This document shows, one piece after another, positions 41,300-54,624 of a DNA stretch of 64,000 bases; positions within the stretch are counted from its first letter, which is position 1; every line of letters begins with the position of its first letter. Made by a program: the position numbers and the translations under genes. Source of the DNA: Basidiobolus meristosporus CBS 931.73 (lineage: Eukaryota > Fungi > Basidiobolomycota); the NCBI GenBank assembly GCA_002104905.1, contig MCFE01000126.1:62001-126000 (forward strand). The letters run 5' to 3'. Below the pieces are notes generated by a model. That model had not been told where the DNA came from. It ran no database searches and worked only from the letters and a program-made list of their open reading frames with translations.

Positions 41300-44200
41300 T
41301 GTTGTAAGAGTCTTGGAGATATTGGAAGTGATTGGGAGAACAAGTAGATTATGTGGTTTTCACTTAATGATTTATTGAATGTAAGGTAGTATTTTTACTT
41401 TTACATGGTCTTGGCATAGCAAACACTTAAAATAGGTTACAGAAGGTCCCAAGAACATGTGTGCAAAGTTTGGGGCTGTTTGGACAACTTTGAGAATTTT
41501 CATGTTCTTGGTACCTGGTATTTTGGTGAAAATATTCCAAGTAAATCCCAACAAGGAATTTGGTCAGTATTCTCTAGGATTTGAAGGTGAATGATCTAAG
41601 TGACTAAGTTAGGTGAATATTTAGGTGGAAATACAAATTTTTACAACGCTCCCACTCAGCTAAATGTTCTTACTGACTAGTCCTAATTTTGACCTAAGAT
41701 ATTCAAACTTGTCTCTAGCTAATGGTTTGGTAAATATGTCTGCAATCATTTCATCTGTAGGACAGTAAACTAAGCTAACTAAGTTATTGTCTATAGCTTC
41801 ACGTATGAAATGATGTCTAATATCTATGTGCATTGTTCTAGCATGAAAAGTTGGATTTCTACCTAATTGTATACATCCTTGATTATCTTGAAATAAAGTA
41901 ATAGGTGTTTTTTGGCATAGGCCTAAATCTGTAAAAAGTTTTCTTAACCACATTGCTTCTTTTGTAGCTTCACAGGCTGCCATATACTCTGCCTCTGTGG
42001 TGGAAAGTATTACGGTTGGTTGCTTTCTTGAATTCCATGATATTGCTCCTTTACAGTAAAGAAAGGTGTATCCTGTGGTGGATCTTCTGTCTTCTAAATT
42101 TTGTCCCCAATCAGCATCAGAGTATCCCATAAGATCCTGTTCTGAATCCTTATAAGAGTATCTTAGGCAGATATCAGCAGTTCCTTTTAGGTATCTAAAA
42201 ATCTGCTTAACTGCTGCAATATGATCAGATCCATAGTTCAGATTATGTTGGCTGACAACTCCCACTGAATATGAGATATCTGGACGTGTTCCAAGCATGA
42301 TATACATCAGACTGCCAACCATAGATTGATAAGGAAAGTCAGGGCTTTCAGATGGCACCAACCTCACTTGATTTGGTTGAGTTTTGACCAAGTTAAGGTT
42401 TGTCTCCATTGGGGTAGCTGCCAGTTTACAGTCTTTCATTTGGTACTTCTTTAGTATATCTTGAATATACTTGGATTGGCTTAGGGTGATAGTCTGGGTA
42501 CTTCTGTCTATGGAGAGCTTAATTCCTAAGTAGTAACTAAGTTCTCCTAGATCGGACATCTTGAACTCCTTAGATAGGCTAGATTTAGTCTCTTCCAATG
42601 TTTCAAGGTTATTGGGGGCTATAATAAGATCATCCCCATATAGAGCTAATAGAGCTGGATTTGCTCTATCTGGCTTATAGTATATACTATAATCAGCATT
42701 ACTTCTTTTGAAACTCAGGGATTCCAAATAAGAATCTATCTTGCAATTCCAGGTTCTCAGTGATTGTTTGAGACCATATAGTGACTTTTTAAGCTTGCAG
42801 ACCAAATGGGGATTATCTTGGTCAACAAACCCATCAGGCTGGTCCATATACACGTCCTCATCAAGTTTTCTATTCAAAATGCAGTTTTTACATCCATTTG
42901 ATGAATAAAAAACTTATATTTGGCTGCAAAAGCCAATATTAATCTGATGGAATTAAACTTGGCTACCAGTGCAAAGGTCTCAGTATAGTCAAGTCCTTTT
43001 GTTTGAGAGTATCCTTTGGCTAAAAGTCGTGCTTTGTATCTTTCAATTGCACCATCAGCCTTGTATTTTGTCTTGAAGATCCATCTGTATATAATTGATT
43101 TTTGGTTGATTGGTAATTTGACTAAGTCCCAAGTTTGATTTTCCATCAGGGCCTGATTTTCCTCAGTCATTGCAGATCTCCAAAACTATGTCTGGGGGCT
43201 ATTTAGGGCCTCTTTTACAGTCTATGGTTCATCAATATGGACTGTATAGGCATAGGCTAAGTTTGTACCCTCATTGATATAGTAATTTGGGCTATTTCTT
43301 GTCTGATTGGATCTCCAGGCTTTTGATACTGGAATGGTCACTTCTGGGATATTCCTGGGCACTGATTCTGGCTGAACCATGGTTATAGAGTCCTCTGGAG
43401 TGAAAAAATTTTCATTGTTTTGCTCTGATTCAATCCTGACAATTGGTGGACTTGAGATCAAATTTTTGTCATCATCTGATGTCATTTTTTGTGAGAATTT
43501 TGAATTTTCATCAAACAACACATCCCTGGACTTGATCAGCTTCTTTGCTTTGGTATTGTAGAGTCTGTATGTCTTACTCTCATTGCAGTAGCCCAAAAAT
43601 ATGCATTTTACACTTTTCGGCTCAAATTTTGACTGATTTCCAGCCAGTTTTTTGGCATATGCTGTACACCCAAATATTCTTAGATGTTTTGCATTTGGTC
43701 TGGATCCATATCATGCTGCAAATAGAGTAGAATCACAAAGTATTCTATTATAACTCCTATTTTTAAGGTATACAGCAGTGGCAACTGATTCTGCCCAAAA
43801 ATCATAAGATAATTTTTGATCATGAATCATAGATCTTGCTATATCAATTATTGATCTGTTAGCTTGTTCTGCTACTCTACTTTGCTGTGGGGAGTATGGT
43901 ACAGTAGTCTCTTGCTTTATCCCATGAATTTTGCAGATGTGGATGAAGAGTTTTGAGGTATATTCTCCACCATTGTCAGAGCGTATTTTCTTGATTTTTC
44001 ACCAGCTTCTCTCTCCACCATGGCTTTAAACTCCCTGAGCTTAAACAGAGCTTCTTCCTTTCTCTCCATGAAGTAGACCCATGTGTATCTTGTATAATCA
44101 TCAATAAAAGTGATTAAATACTTCATCCCACCTAAGGATAAACTTTGCATAGGTCCACACAGATCTGAGTGAGTTAGATCTAATTTTTTCTTAGTTTTGA

Positions 44201-44320
44201 TTAGTCCAGAGATCTTGAACGGTTGTCTGGCTTGTTTCCCATATATGCAGGCTTCACAGTGCTCCAAATTGGCTGGGGGATCAATTTTCACTCCAGAAAT
44301 TAGCTGATCTTTGATCATTT
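41300..44320 (-). mobile_element. Young copia-A 3' portion (IN-RT-RH-LTR), 5' part lost
   Basis: 3' LTR 41300-41648 (349 bp), PPT from 41649, RT-RH ORFs 41660-42877 and 42874-43170 (one T lost in a T-run), integrase ORFs 43222-43596 and 43917-44318 (HSDLCGP, FIDDYTR). Confidence 0.93.
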
Positions 44321-45303
44321 GGAGTAAAAGTTGATCCCCCTGCTAGTTTGAAGCACTAAAGAGCCTGCACAGAGTGGAAAAAAGTCACACAACCATTCAA
44401 GAGTTTGGGTTAATCAAAACTCAGAGTAAATTAGATCAAATTCACTCAGATCTGTGTGGACCTATGCAAACTTTATCTTTAGGCAGGATGAAGTATTTAA
44501 TTACATTTATTGATGATTATACTAGGCACACATGGGTCTACTTCATAAAAAGAATGGAAGAAGCTCTGTCTAAGCTTAGGGAGCTCAAAACCATGGTGTA
44601 GAGTGAAATCTGAAAAATCAAGAAAATATACTCTGACAATGATGGGGAATATAGCTCAATATTCTACATCCACTTCTGCAAAACTCATAGCATAAAGCAA
44701 GAGAGCACTGTATCATAATCTTCACAGCAGAATGCAGTGGCAGAACATCTAAGCAGATCAATAATTCATATGGCCAGTTTGATGATCTGCGATCAGAAAT
44801 TATCCTATTATTTTGGGCAGTATCAGTTGCCACAGCTGTATACCTTAGAAGTAGGAGTTAAAACAGAGTACTCTGTAATTCTACCACATCTGAAGTGTAG
44901 TATGGATACATACCAAGTGCAAAATGTCTAAGTGTATTTGGGTGTATATCATATGCTAAGATACTGTCTGAAAATCAGTGAAAACTTGATCCAAAAAGTG
45001 TAAGATCCATATCTTAGGCTACTATGGTGAATGTAAAGCATACAAACTCAAAAATACCAAAGAAAAGAAGCTGATAAGGCTCACAAATGTGTTGCTTATT
45101 AATTTTTAAATCATTTATAAGAAATTCAATTCAATGATAGCATAAATCTGATCCCAAGTCCATGGAATCTGTGCAGAAGAATGAGAGTTCTTTTACTCCA
45201 GAGGACTCTACAACTATGGTTCATTCTGAATCAGTGCCCTGGAATATTCCAGAAGTGATCATCCTAGTATCATAAACCAGGAGATCCAACTGGACTACAA
45301 ATA

Positions 45304-45386
45304 TCCCTACTCAAAGACTTGAACCCTCAAGCTTAAAAGGCTACCTGGTCTAAAAGGATTGAGTTTACCAATTTCTCTAAGTAGGC
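45304..45386 (-). pseudogene. Decayed organelle/bacterial-type tRNA-Leu(UAG)
   Basis: Reverse complement folds as: acceptor GCCTACT/AGTAGGG (6/7 pairs), D-arm GAG-AAATTGGTAAA-CTC, anticodon loop TTTAGAC, variable arm AGC..GCT, T-arm GAGGG-TTCAAGT-CTTTG, discriminator A; 83 nt. Anticodon and T stems are partly mispaired. Confidence 0.72.
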
Positions 45387-45660
45387 ACATTACTCCCCCC
45401 ACAAGTAGGGTGATCCAATCCTTTCCCCTCTCCCACTATGCTTTCCCCATTAGGGGGGTCAAATTGCCTTGGTGGATCCCTCCAGATTGTCAGGACTGGT
45501 AGGTCCAGTTCTATTAGCTCTACATGATGACCAGTTTTACTATAGCCACCAACAATCAAGAAACCATGGAAGAGACTAAATCCAGCCTAAATGCAGAGTT
45601 TAACATGTCCAATCAGGAAAACTGAGTTACTACCTATGAATTAAGCTCTAGACAGACTAC

Positions 45661-46000
45661 TGTTGTAAAAATTCATATTTCCACCTAAATATTCACCTAA
45701 CTTAGTCACTTAGATCATTACCTTCAGATCCTAGAAAACACTGACTAAACTCCTTGATGGGATTTACAAAGAACATTTTCACCAAAATACCAGGTACCCA
45801 GAACATGCAATTGCTGAAAGTTGTCCAAACAGCCCCAAACTCTGCACACATGTTCTTGGGACCTTCCTTAATCTACTCTATGTGCTTGTTATGCCAAGAC
45901 CATGTAAAAGTATGGATACTACTATTAAATTCAATAAATCATTAAGTGAAAACCACACAATCTATTTATCACTTACAGAATCTCCAAGACTCTTACAACA
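45661..46000 (+). repeat. copia-A solo LTR variant (340 bp), ACTAC TSD
   Basis: TGTTG...CAACA; ACTAC at 45656-45660 and 46001-46005; 9 bp shorter than the standard LTR near the 3' end. Confidence 0.92.
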
Positions 46001-46814
46001 ACTACTACCCTACACCAGTCCATGTATATTCAAGAAATACTTAGGAAGTATCAAATGAAAGACTGTAGACTGGCTGCTACCTAATGGAGACAAACCTCAC
46101 TTAGACAAAACTCAGCTAGAGGCAGAGTATATGGCAGCCTGTGAGGCTACAAAAAAAGCAATGTGGTTAAGAAAGCTTTTTACAGATGTAGGTCTATGTC
46201 AAGAAATGCCTATTACTTTATTTCAAGATAATCAAGGATGTATAAAATTAGGTAGAAATTCAACTTTTCATGCTAGAACTAAGCACAAAGATATTAGACA
46301 TCATTTCATACATGAAACTATAGAGAATATCTTAGTTAGCTTAGTTTACTGACCTTCAGATGAAATGATTGCAGACAATTTTACCAAGCCATTAGCTAGA
46401 GACAAATTTGAATATCTTAGTTCAAACTTAGGACTAGTCAGTTTGAACACTTAGCTGAGTGGGAGTGCTGTAAAAGTTCAAATTTCCACCTAATATTCAC
46501 CTAACTTAGTCACTTAGATCATTACCTTCAAATCCTAGAGAATACTGACCAAATTCCATGCCAGGATTTATTTAGAATATTTTTACCAAAATACCAGGTA
46601 CCCAGAACATGAAGATTCTCAAGGTTGTCCTCAGAGCCCCAAACTTTGCATGCATGCTCTTGGGAGCTTCCAAAATCTATTCTACATGTTTGCTATGCCA
46701 AGAACATGTAAAAAATATTTAACTACTGTTATATTTGGTAAGTCATTGGGTACAAAACACATAATATACTTACTCTCCCATTGACTTCAAATGCATCTGA
46801 GACACTTACAGCAT

Positions 46815-47427
46815 TTAGGAGGGCATTCTACTCCTATAGGAACATCCCAAAGACCTCTTTCCTATGGCAGCAGCATTATCTTTACCCTCCCAACTTATTA
46901 GTCAGATTCCTCTAACTTTTCAGCAGAGAAAAACTCTAGTAATAGCAGTGGTGGTGGACAACTTTGAGAGATTTCATCTTCTGGTGCCTGATGTTTGGCA
47001 AACATATTGTAAGTAAAGCTCAACAATGATTTGGTCAGAATTCTCTAAGATTTGTGGGTTAATATCCCAGTGACAATGCTTAGTGGATATTTAGGTGTAA
47101 TTATAAGCTTTGAAATTCAGGGATGTACTGTTTATTAAAAATTCAAAACTTCACACCAAAGTTGTTCAGCAATGACAAAAATTCAATTCCAAGTACACAT
47201 AAATTTGTGATATATTCAGTGTGGCACAACAAAAATTCTTTCTTTCCAGAGGACTCTACAGCCCAGGTTTAGCATGAAACAACACCTTAGAAGATCCCAG
47301 AAGTTATCATTACAGTATCACCAAGCAGGAGAACCAGCTAGATAACAAATAGCCTAAGTTGCTATATTATCAAGAGTACCTAGCTATGCCTATTCAGTCC
47401 AAATTGATGATCACAAGAACGTAAAGT
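46815..47427. mobile_element. Scrambled copia-A fragments
   Basis: Minus-strand gag start and LTR remnant (46815-47105), followed by a plus-strand post-integrase spacer (47110-47427). Confidence 0.6.
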
Positions 47428-50400
47428 TGTTGTAAAAGTCTTGGAGATTCTGTAAGTGATAAATAGATTATGTGGTTTACACTAAGTCACTCTCTATAGC
47501 TTCACATATGAAATGATGTCTAATATCTATGTGCTTAGTTCTAGCATGATAAGGTGGATTTTGGCCAGTTGTATACATCCACAATTATCTTGAAATAAAG
47601 TCACAGGCATTTTCTGACATAAGCCCAAATCTAAAGAAAGCTTCCTTAACCACATTGTTTCTTTTGTAGCTTCACAGGCTGCCATATATGCTGCCTCTAT
47701 GGCAGAAAGTGCTCAGGTTGATTGCTTTCTTGAATTCCATGATATTGCTCCTTTACAGTAATGAAAGGTGTATCCTGTGGTGGATCTTCTGTCTTCCAAA
47801 TTTTGTCCCAATCAGCATCAGAGTATCCCACAATATCCTATTCTGAGTTCTTATAAGTGAATCTTAAGCAGATATCAGCAGCACCTTTTAGGTATCTAAA
47901 AATTCACTTTACTGCTGCAATACAATCAGATCCATAGTTCTGATTATGCTGGCTCACAACTCCCACTGAATATGAGATATCTGGACATGCTCCAAGCATG
48001 ATATATATCAGACTGCTGACCACTGCAGCTGTGGTCAATAGTTACAAACACAGAAAAGTATCTTTGCCTGTACACAAACAAACTTGGGAAAGAATCAAAC
48101 ATAATAAAAGATACCTACTCATAGTATTCATCACAAGTAGTGCCTCCAAGATCATTTGGCTGTCAGCGTGGTTTCCTGGGAGTATCCTGTGGTCTGGGGT
48201 TGGAAGTTCAGGTAGCAGCAGGTAGCAGTGATCACACTAATCAACAAGTTGGTATATTGATAAAAGGAATGATAATTTATTGCTGACAGATTGCCTCCCT
48301 TGTATACTTTTCTCACTGGCAAAGTGATTACTAATCATGGTGTTCCAGAAGGTTCTTGTGGCCAAATAGAGATCTTAATGACATCAGAATGGGCTAAGAA
48401 TATTCTAAGTAGGTGCAGGAAGGTTGTAAGAGGTACAGCACACCCAACCAATCAGGGATTAGTATTCTTAAACCTATGTAACATAGGGATACCATATATA
48501 ATATGAAAGTGGTAGGGATGGTGATGCAGCTTGGTCATGTGTTACAGCTACTGACACAGGTACCTACGTAATAGAGAAGCACTTACATCAAGTAATCTTA
48601 CATAAAGTGAGCAAACACATATGCATTAAGATAAGCAGGTGGGATAGTCAGCCAGCTTATGGGATAGCACTGATCAAGAAAGACAAATGGGATAAAACTA
48701 ACATAATTGTAGTAAAAAAATAGAGTGGTAGAAAATATGGGAATGAGCACATCTGTCAGTGGGTGTCACTGTTACCCCACAACAGTGGCTATTATAAGAC
48801 CATCCCCATATAGAGCTAATAGAGCTGGATTTGCTCTATCTGGCTTATAGTGTATACTATAGTCAGCATTACTCCTTTTGAAACTCAAAAATTCCAAACA
48901 AGAGTATATTATGCAATTCCAGGTTTGTGGTAATTGTTTGAGTCCATATAGACTTTTTAAGCTTGCAGACCAAATGGGAATTATCTTGGTCAACAAATCC
49001 ATCAGGCTGGTCCATTTACATATCCTCATCAGGTTCTCTACTCAAAGATGCAGTTTTTACATCCATTTGATTAATAAAAATTATATTGGGCTGCAATAGC
49101 CAATATTAATCTGATGGAATTGAGCTTGGTTACCAGTGCAAAGGTCTCAGTAGGATCAAGCCCTTTTGTTGGAGGGTTTCCTTTGGCTGCAGGTCTTGCT
49201 TTGTATCTTACAATTGTACCATCAGTCTTGTATTTTGTTGCTAAGATCCATCTGCATCCAATTGATTTTAGGTTGATTAGTAATTTGACCAAGTCCCAGC
49301 TTTGATTTTCCATCAGGGCCTGGTATTCATTAGTCATTGCAGATCTCCAAAACTTTGTCTGAGGGCTATTTAGGGCCTCTTCTACAGTCTGGGGCTTATC
49401 AATATGTACTGACTAGGCATAGGCTAAGTTTGTAACCTCATTGATATAGTAATTTGGACTATTTCTTGTCCAATAGGATCTCCTTGCATTTGATACTGGA
49501 ATGATCACTTTTGGGATATACCTGGGCACTGCTTCAAGCTGAATCATGGCTGTAGAGTCCTCTAGAGTGAAAAACCTTTGTTTTTTTGCACTGATTCAAT
49601 CCTGACAATTAGTGGACTTGGGATCAGATTTTTGTCATCATCTGATGTTGTGTTTTGTGAAAATTTGCTTTTTCATCAAACCGCGCATCCCTGGACTTGA
49701 TTAGCTATGTTACTTTGGTATTGTAGAGTCTGTATTCTTCAATTGCATTGAAATAGCCCAAAAATATGCATTTTACACTTTCTGGCTCAAATTTTGCCTG
49801 AATTCCAGGCAGTTTCTTGGCATAAGCTGTACACCCAAATATTCTTAGATGCTTGGCACTTGGTCTGTATCCATACCATGCTTCAAATGGAGTAGAATCA
49901 CAAAGTATTCTGTTATAAATCCTATTTCTACGGTGTACAACTGTGGCAACTGATTCCGCCCAAAAATCATGGGATAATATCTGATCATGGATCATAGATC
50001 TTGCCATATTATTTATTGATTTCTTTGCATGTTCTGCTACTCCATTCTGATGAGGGGAGTATGGTAAAGTAGTCTATAGCTTTATCCTGAGAATTTTGTA
50101 GAAGTGGAATGAACGGGTTTGTGGTATATTCTCCACCATTGTCAGAGCGTATTTTCTGATTTTTTCATCAGTTTCTCTCTCTGCCATGGCTTTAAACTCC
50201 CTGAGCTTAGATAAAGCTTCTTTCTCTCTATGAAGTAGAACCATGTGTATCTTGTATTATTGTCAATAAAAGTCATCAAATATTTCATCTTGCTTAAGGT
50301 TAAATTCTGAATAGGTCCAGACAGATCTGAGTGAATTTGATCTAATTTTGTCTTAGTTTTGATTGACCCAGAACTCTTGAATGGTTGTCTGGCTTGTTTC

Positions 50401-51990
50401 TCATATATGCAGGCTCCACATTGCTCTAAATTAGCTGGGGGAGCAATTTTTACACTGGGAATTATCTGGACTCTGATCATTTTGCACAAATAATCAAAAT
50501 TGATGTGTCCAAATCTCCTGTACCAATGCATTGGTGTTTCTTCACTCAAGTTACTTATATTGGCTTCCAGATATGATGGCATATAAGTTAACTTAAGAAG
50601 ATTCTGATCTCTGATACCTAAAGCAATATGAGCACCATTCTGATCAGAGATCCTGCCTCCAGAATTGTCAGAGCTAAAGCTGAGTCCTTCTGCTGTTGCC
50701 TTGCTTACAGACAGTAGGTTCCTGGCAATTTCTGGTTCATAGAGTACTTCTTTGAGGGTCAGTGTATGGCTTCCCTCACTGCTTCTATGGTTTACTTGGA
50801 TAGTTCCTTCTCCCACTGCATCAAGTGTTTTATTGTCACTCATGAAAACTTTCTCAATTGGAATATCTTAATATTGGGTAAAAAGATACTTTTTGGTGTG
50901 TAAAGTGTTGAGATGCTCCAGAGTCAATACATCAAATCTGCAAATCCTTATTTGTGGTCAAATTTAGTGCAAATATTAATAGCCTATCTTCAGTTGTTGC
51001 AGCATTTTCATAGTCAGGCTTTTTTTGAAGACTATCTCTCTATTTAAAGCACCAGTCTGATGTATGTCCTTTCCTTTTGCAGTAGTTGCACACCAGGTTG
51101 CTATTGCCTTGAAAAGGTCTTGGGTATCTTCTTTGTAGGTTATCATTGCTTATTAGAGCACTCTCTTCTTCCTTCATATTGGCACTTGATTTTCTTAATT
51201 TTCATCCGGGAGACTTCTGAATATGAAATTTAAGGTCAAATCTTCAGTTCTGGACTCTAGGGCTGATACAAGGCCTGGAAACCTGTCTGTAAGGCTATCT
51301 GGGATGGCTACTATCACATTTTCATCAGTTGCTGGTATGCCCACATATTCCATCTCATTCACCAGCAGGGTAACTCTGTCTATTAAACTTTGCATTTCTT
51401 ATCCTGGCAGCATCTCTGTAGTAAAGAATTCTTGTCTGGGCTACATTTACTTAGCAGCTGAACATGACTGGTTGATGTCTTCTAATGCCTTAGCAGTATT
51501 CTTTGCTGCTTTTGCTCTTGAGCATTGAATCAGCTACTTGTCTTTGACATTAAGGCAAATGCAGTTAAAGGCACTTTGTTCTTTCTTTTGATACTTTAAA
51601 AATTCTTCTCCCACATTTTTAGAAGGGCATTATTCTCCCATGACACCAAAGGCCTCTTTCTTGTAGAAGCATCTTTATCCTACCTTCCACACTTGGTAGC
51701 TAAGGCCATCCAATTTTTGAGCAAAGGGAACAGTTCCAGTAAAAGCAGTAGTCAAAACTGCAGAGAGTGACAGCTTGGGGCTCAAAGCCTTCCATAAGAG
51801 TCTTGGTGATAATGGAAGTGTTGTATCCAAGAGAAAAGTGTAGTAAAACTCTTGAATGAGTTAGCTGGACCTATGTGACAACTAAGTGCAGAATCTTAGA
51901 ATTATCATGAGGGACATAAATATTAGCAGAGAGGTTCTGGTCTATTATTGGTCTTATATCTAGCTGAGTTGGGCTATTAAGGCGACAGAG
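47428..51990 (-). mobile_element. Near full-length degenerate copia-A
   Basis: PBS remnant ~51778-51789, gag 51195-51700, protease/pre-integrase/integrase 50142-50843 and 49705-50007, RT 49071-49337 and 48772-49029, RNase H 47490-48020, 3' LTR reduced to ~50 bp (47428-47480). Confidence 0.88.
48024..48784. repeat. ~760-bp LTR-like repeat (TGCAG...CAACA); inverted second copy at 55542-56301
   Basis: End-to-end homology between the copies, TG...CA ends in both, no TSD in either. This copy replaces ~0.3 kb of host RT. Confidence 0.7.
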
Positions 51991-52929
51991 TAGGTTTGCT
52001 ATGTGGGCTAGGCTTGGTGTTCTTCAGAGTGCTAGATATGCTAAGCTTGAGTAGAAAGTAGAACAGATTTGTTGAATTCTTAATTTTGTTGAGACACACA
52101 CTAAACAATAAGGTTCAGTAAACTTTATTTATACTTTTCTGATTGAGTTGCATTGGTAAGTGCCAAGAGACTGGACTAATTGAAATCTGTTGGGGTGTTC
52201 ATAGGTGCATAAGATAAATAAAAAACTGCATCATTAATCAGCTGATGTCTTGGCAACTGCTAAGTGGTTGGATAAATCTCAGATGACTAATCACTTGGAA
52301 TGGCTTAGCAGATCAGTTGAGGATGTAATGACCACATGAAAGTTGATCAGGTGTGACAGCTAAAAATAGATTCTGAGAAGTGATAAACTCAACCAGAACA
52401 GGGATTAGTTATGCTTGGGTTAGGGAAAATCAGTTAGGGTACTAGATTTTCTAACAGAGTGAAATTGGCCAAGTTTTAAACATTGATGCATAACAGGAAG
52501 TGATTGGGAGGACAAGAAGATTATGTGGTTTTAACTGAAGTCCTGAACAGTCCAAATCCCATCACAGCTAATAAGAATTACCAACAAGGAAACAGCTGCT
52601 TTCATAAAACACTAAGAAAAAAATTGAGAAAAGGCCAGCAAAATACCATCATAGTGTCAGCTGAATTCCAAGTTTCTCAAAATTGACAACTCTCAATATC
52701 TCTGTTCTTAGCCAATGGGCAGGCAAGTAAACAAGTTCTCCAGGTGGAGACTAGGCAAACTAGAATCCATGCCAAATTTGGTAATTGGCTGCCCATTACT
52801 TCCATCAAAGATGGCATTTAATATTTTGAACCTGAAACACCAGCTCAATACCAGCAAAATACCATTAGAATACCAGCAGAATAACAGCTAAAAATCATGT
52901 GAGTTCCAAGTTTGAGATTTTTCATAGGG

Positions 52930-53801
52930 AAAAGTTGGAAATGGAGCCAGCTGAGCTACACTCCAGTGAGGTAAATGAGTTTGCAGAGAAGGGCAATTTG
53001 TCTACCATAGCCTCCACATCATCATTGTTGACAAAGTGGAGACCCAACCAACAGACAAAGTAACAACTTCTAGAACTCCAAAGGTTATTATACTGCCATC
53101 AGTGGAATTTTGGAACATTAATAGGCTTACCAAGAGGTTGCAGCACTTCTTCAACAGCAGTGCTCATGAAAATATACTTGAATACTACAAGGATTTATTG
53201 CAAAGACTGGCACATGAAGTGCTAGACCTTGCAGTGCTGGCTGATGACCAGGATGTATGGGAACCAGTGAATTAACAGTGGCACAAAGCTGTAGGGCTCC
53301 TGCCAAAGTCATGAAAGCAGAGTGTTAGGGCTGAAATACTTATTGAGTGGTGGAATTTAACCAAGTTACTTGTTGAGTGTGAGATTGGGCATAATGTGAG
53401 TGTAGGGTATAGGGACTTGTATAGGTCAATACAATTGGCAACTGAGGTACAACTGAAGTGTCAATGGAAATAAATCAGCTTGTATGCATGAAAAGCAAGA
53501 GAAACAGTTGAGTCAGGAAGTAAGGGGTGTGAAAAAGAAGCAATTGCCAATCAATGCACACAGACTTAGGAGGTGATAGAGTGTCTGCAATCAGAAAGTG
53601 AGAAAATTGGCAGAGAACCAATCAAATGCAACTTTTGGATTGTTGTAATGACAAATTTGGACCAAGTTTGTTGTGAAATCTGGGATGAATTATTTTTTGA
53701 GTGTTTGCACAGTGTTCTGATGGGATCAATACCTCTTAGTCACTGGACTTTAATTTTGTGACAGCTTTTTGACAGGATCATTACAATAACTTTCCATAGG
53801 G
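52930..53801 (-). mobile_element. Terminal fragment of the CACTA-like family
   Basis: Colinear with 35378-36252, ending TTCCATAGGG. Another TTTTCATAGGG end lies at 52919-52929. Confidence 0.7.
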
Positions 53802-53849
53802 AGCTACTAAAAATCAATTGAATGTCAATGGGTTAGCAAGGCAATGTAC

Positions 53850-54620
53850 AAGGCTGATGGTATATATGAAAGATATGAAGTAAGACTAGTGACCAAAGAA
53901 TACTCTGAAACCAAAGGACTGGACTACATGGAAACCTTTGCACTGGTAGCCAAGTATAATTCCAACAAGCTACTATTGGCTATCACTGCTTGATATTAGT
54001 TTTGTATTCATCAAGTGGATATAATGACAGCATTTTGAATAGGGAACTTGATGAGCACAAGTACATGAACAAACCTGATGGGTTTGTTGGCCCAGACAGT
54101 CCCCATTTGTTCTGCAAGCATGAAAGATATTTATATGATCTTAAGAAATCCAAAGAACCTGGAGCTGCAAGATAGATTCAATTAAAAGTCCATGAGTCTC
54201 CATAGATTTGCTGGTGACCTCAGTATCTACTATATGCCAGATAGTGCAAGCTCATCTTTATTAGCTCTATATGTGGGTGATCTTATTATAGCCATTCATA
54301 ACTCAATAATGTTGGAAGAGACCAAATCCAGCCCATCTAAGGAGCTCAAGATGTCAAATCTAGGACCGCTTAGTTACAACTTACAGACAGAGCTCTCCAT
54401 AGATAGTGGTACCCAGACCATCACTTCAAGCCAGTCCTAATGTATTCAAAATATATGTGTTAAATTTGTGATTGCACCTATATATATTCATCAAGTCTAG
54501 TTATTAAGATTATTGCCTACAAGACTTAGAGAATTCTGAGCAAATCCATTGTTGGGATTTAAACCAAATATTTTAACTAATACATCAGGTACCCAGGTAA
54601 TGGAATTTGTCAAGGTTGGG
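53850..54620 (+). mobile_element. copia-A RT fragment plus 5' half of an LTR
   Basis: RT remnants 53850-54440 (LYVGDLII) followed by LTR-like sequence ~54455-54620. Confidence 0.65.
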
Positions 54621-54624
54621 GATT

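Larger units (their letters stand above)
39717..46813 (+). mobile_element. Old copia-A host element with several nested events
   Basis: Decayed 5' LTR 39717-40063 plus PBS, gag/protease 40080-41299, integrase 44321-45296, RT pieces 45504-45660 and 46006-46100, RNase H 46131-46450, PPT GCTGAGTGGGAG, 3' LTR 46466-46813 (TGCTG...CAGCA). No TSD visible. Confidence 0.82.
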
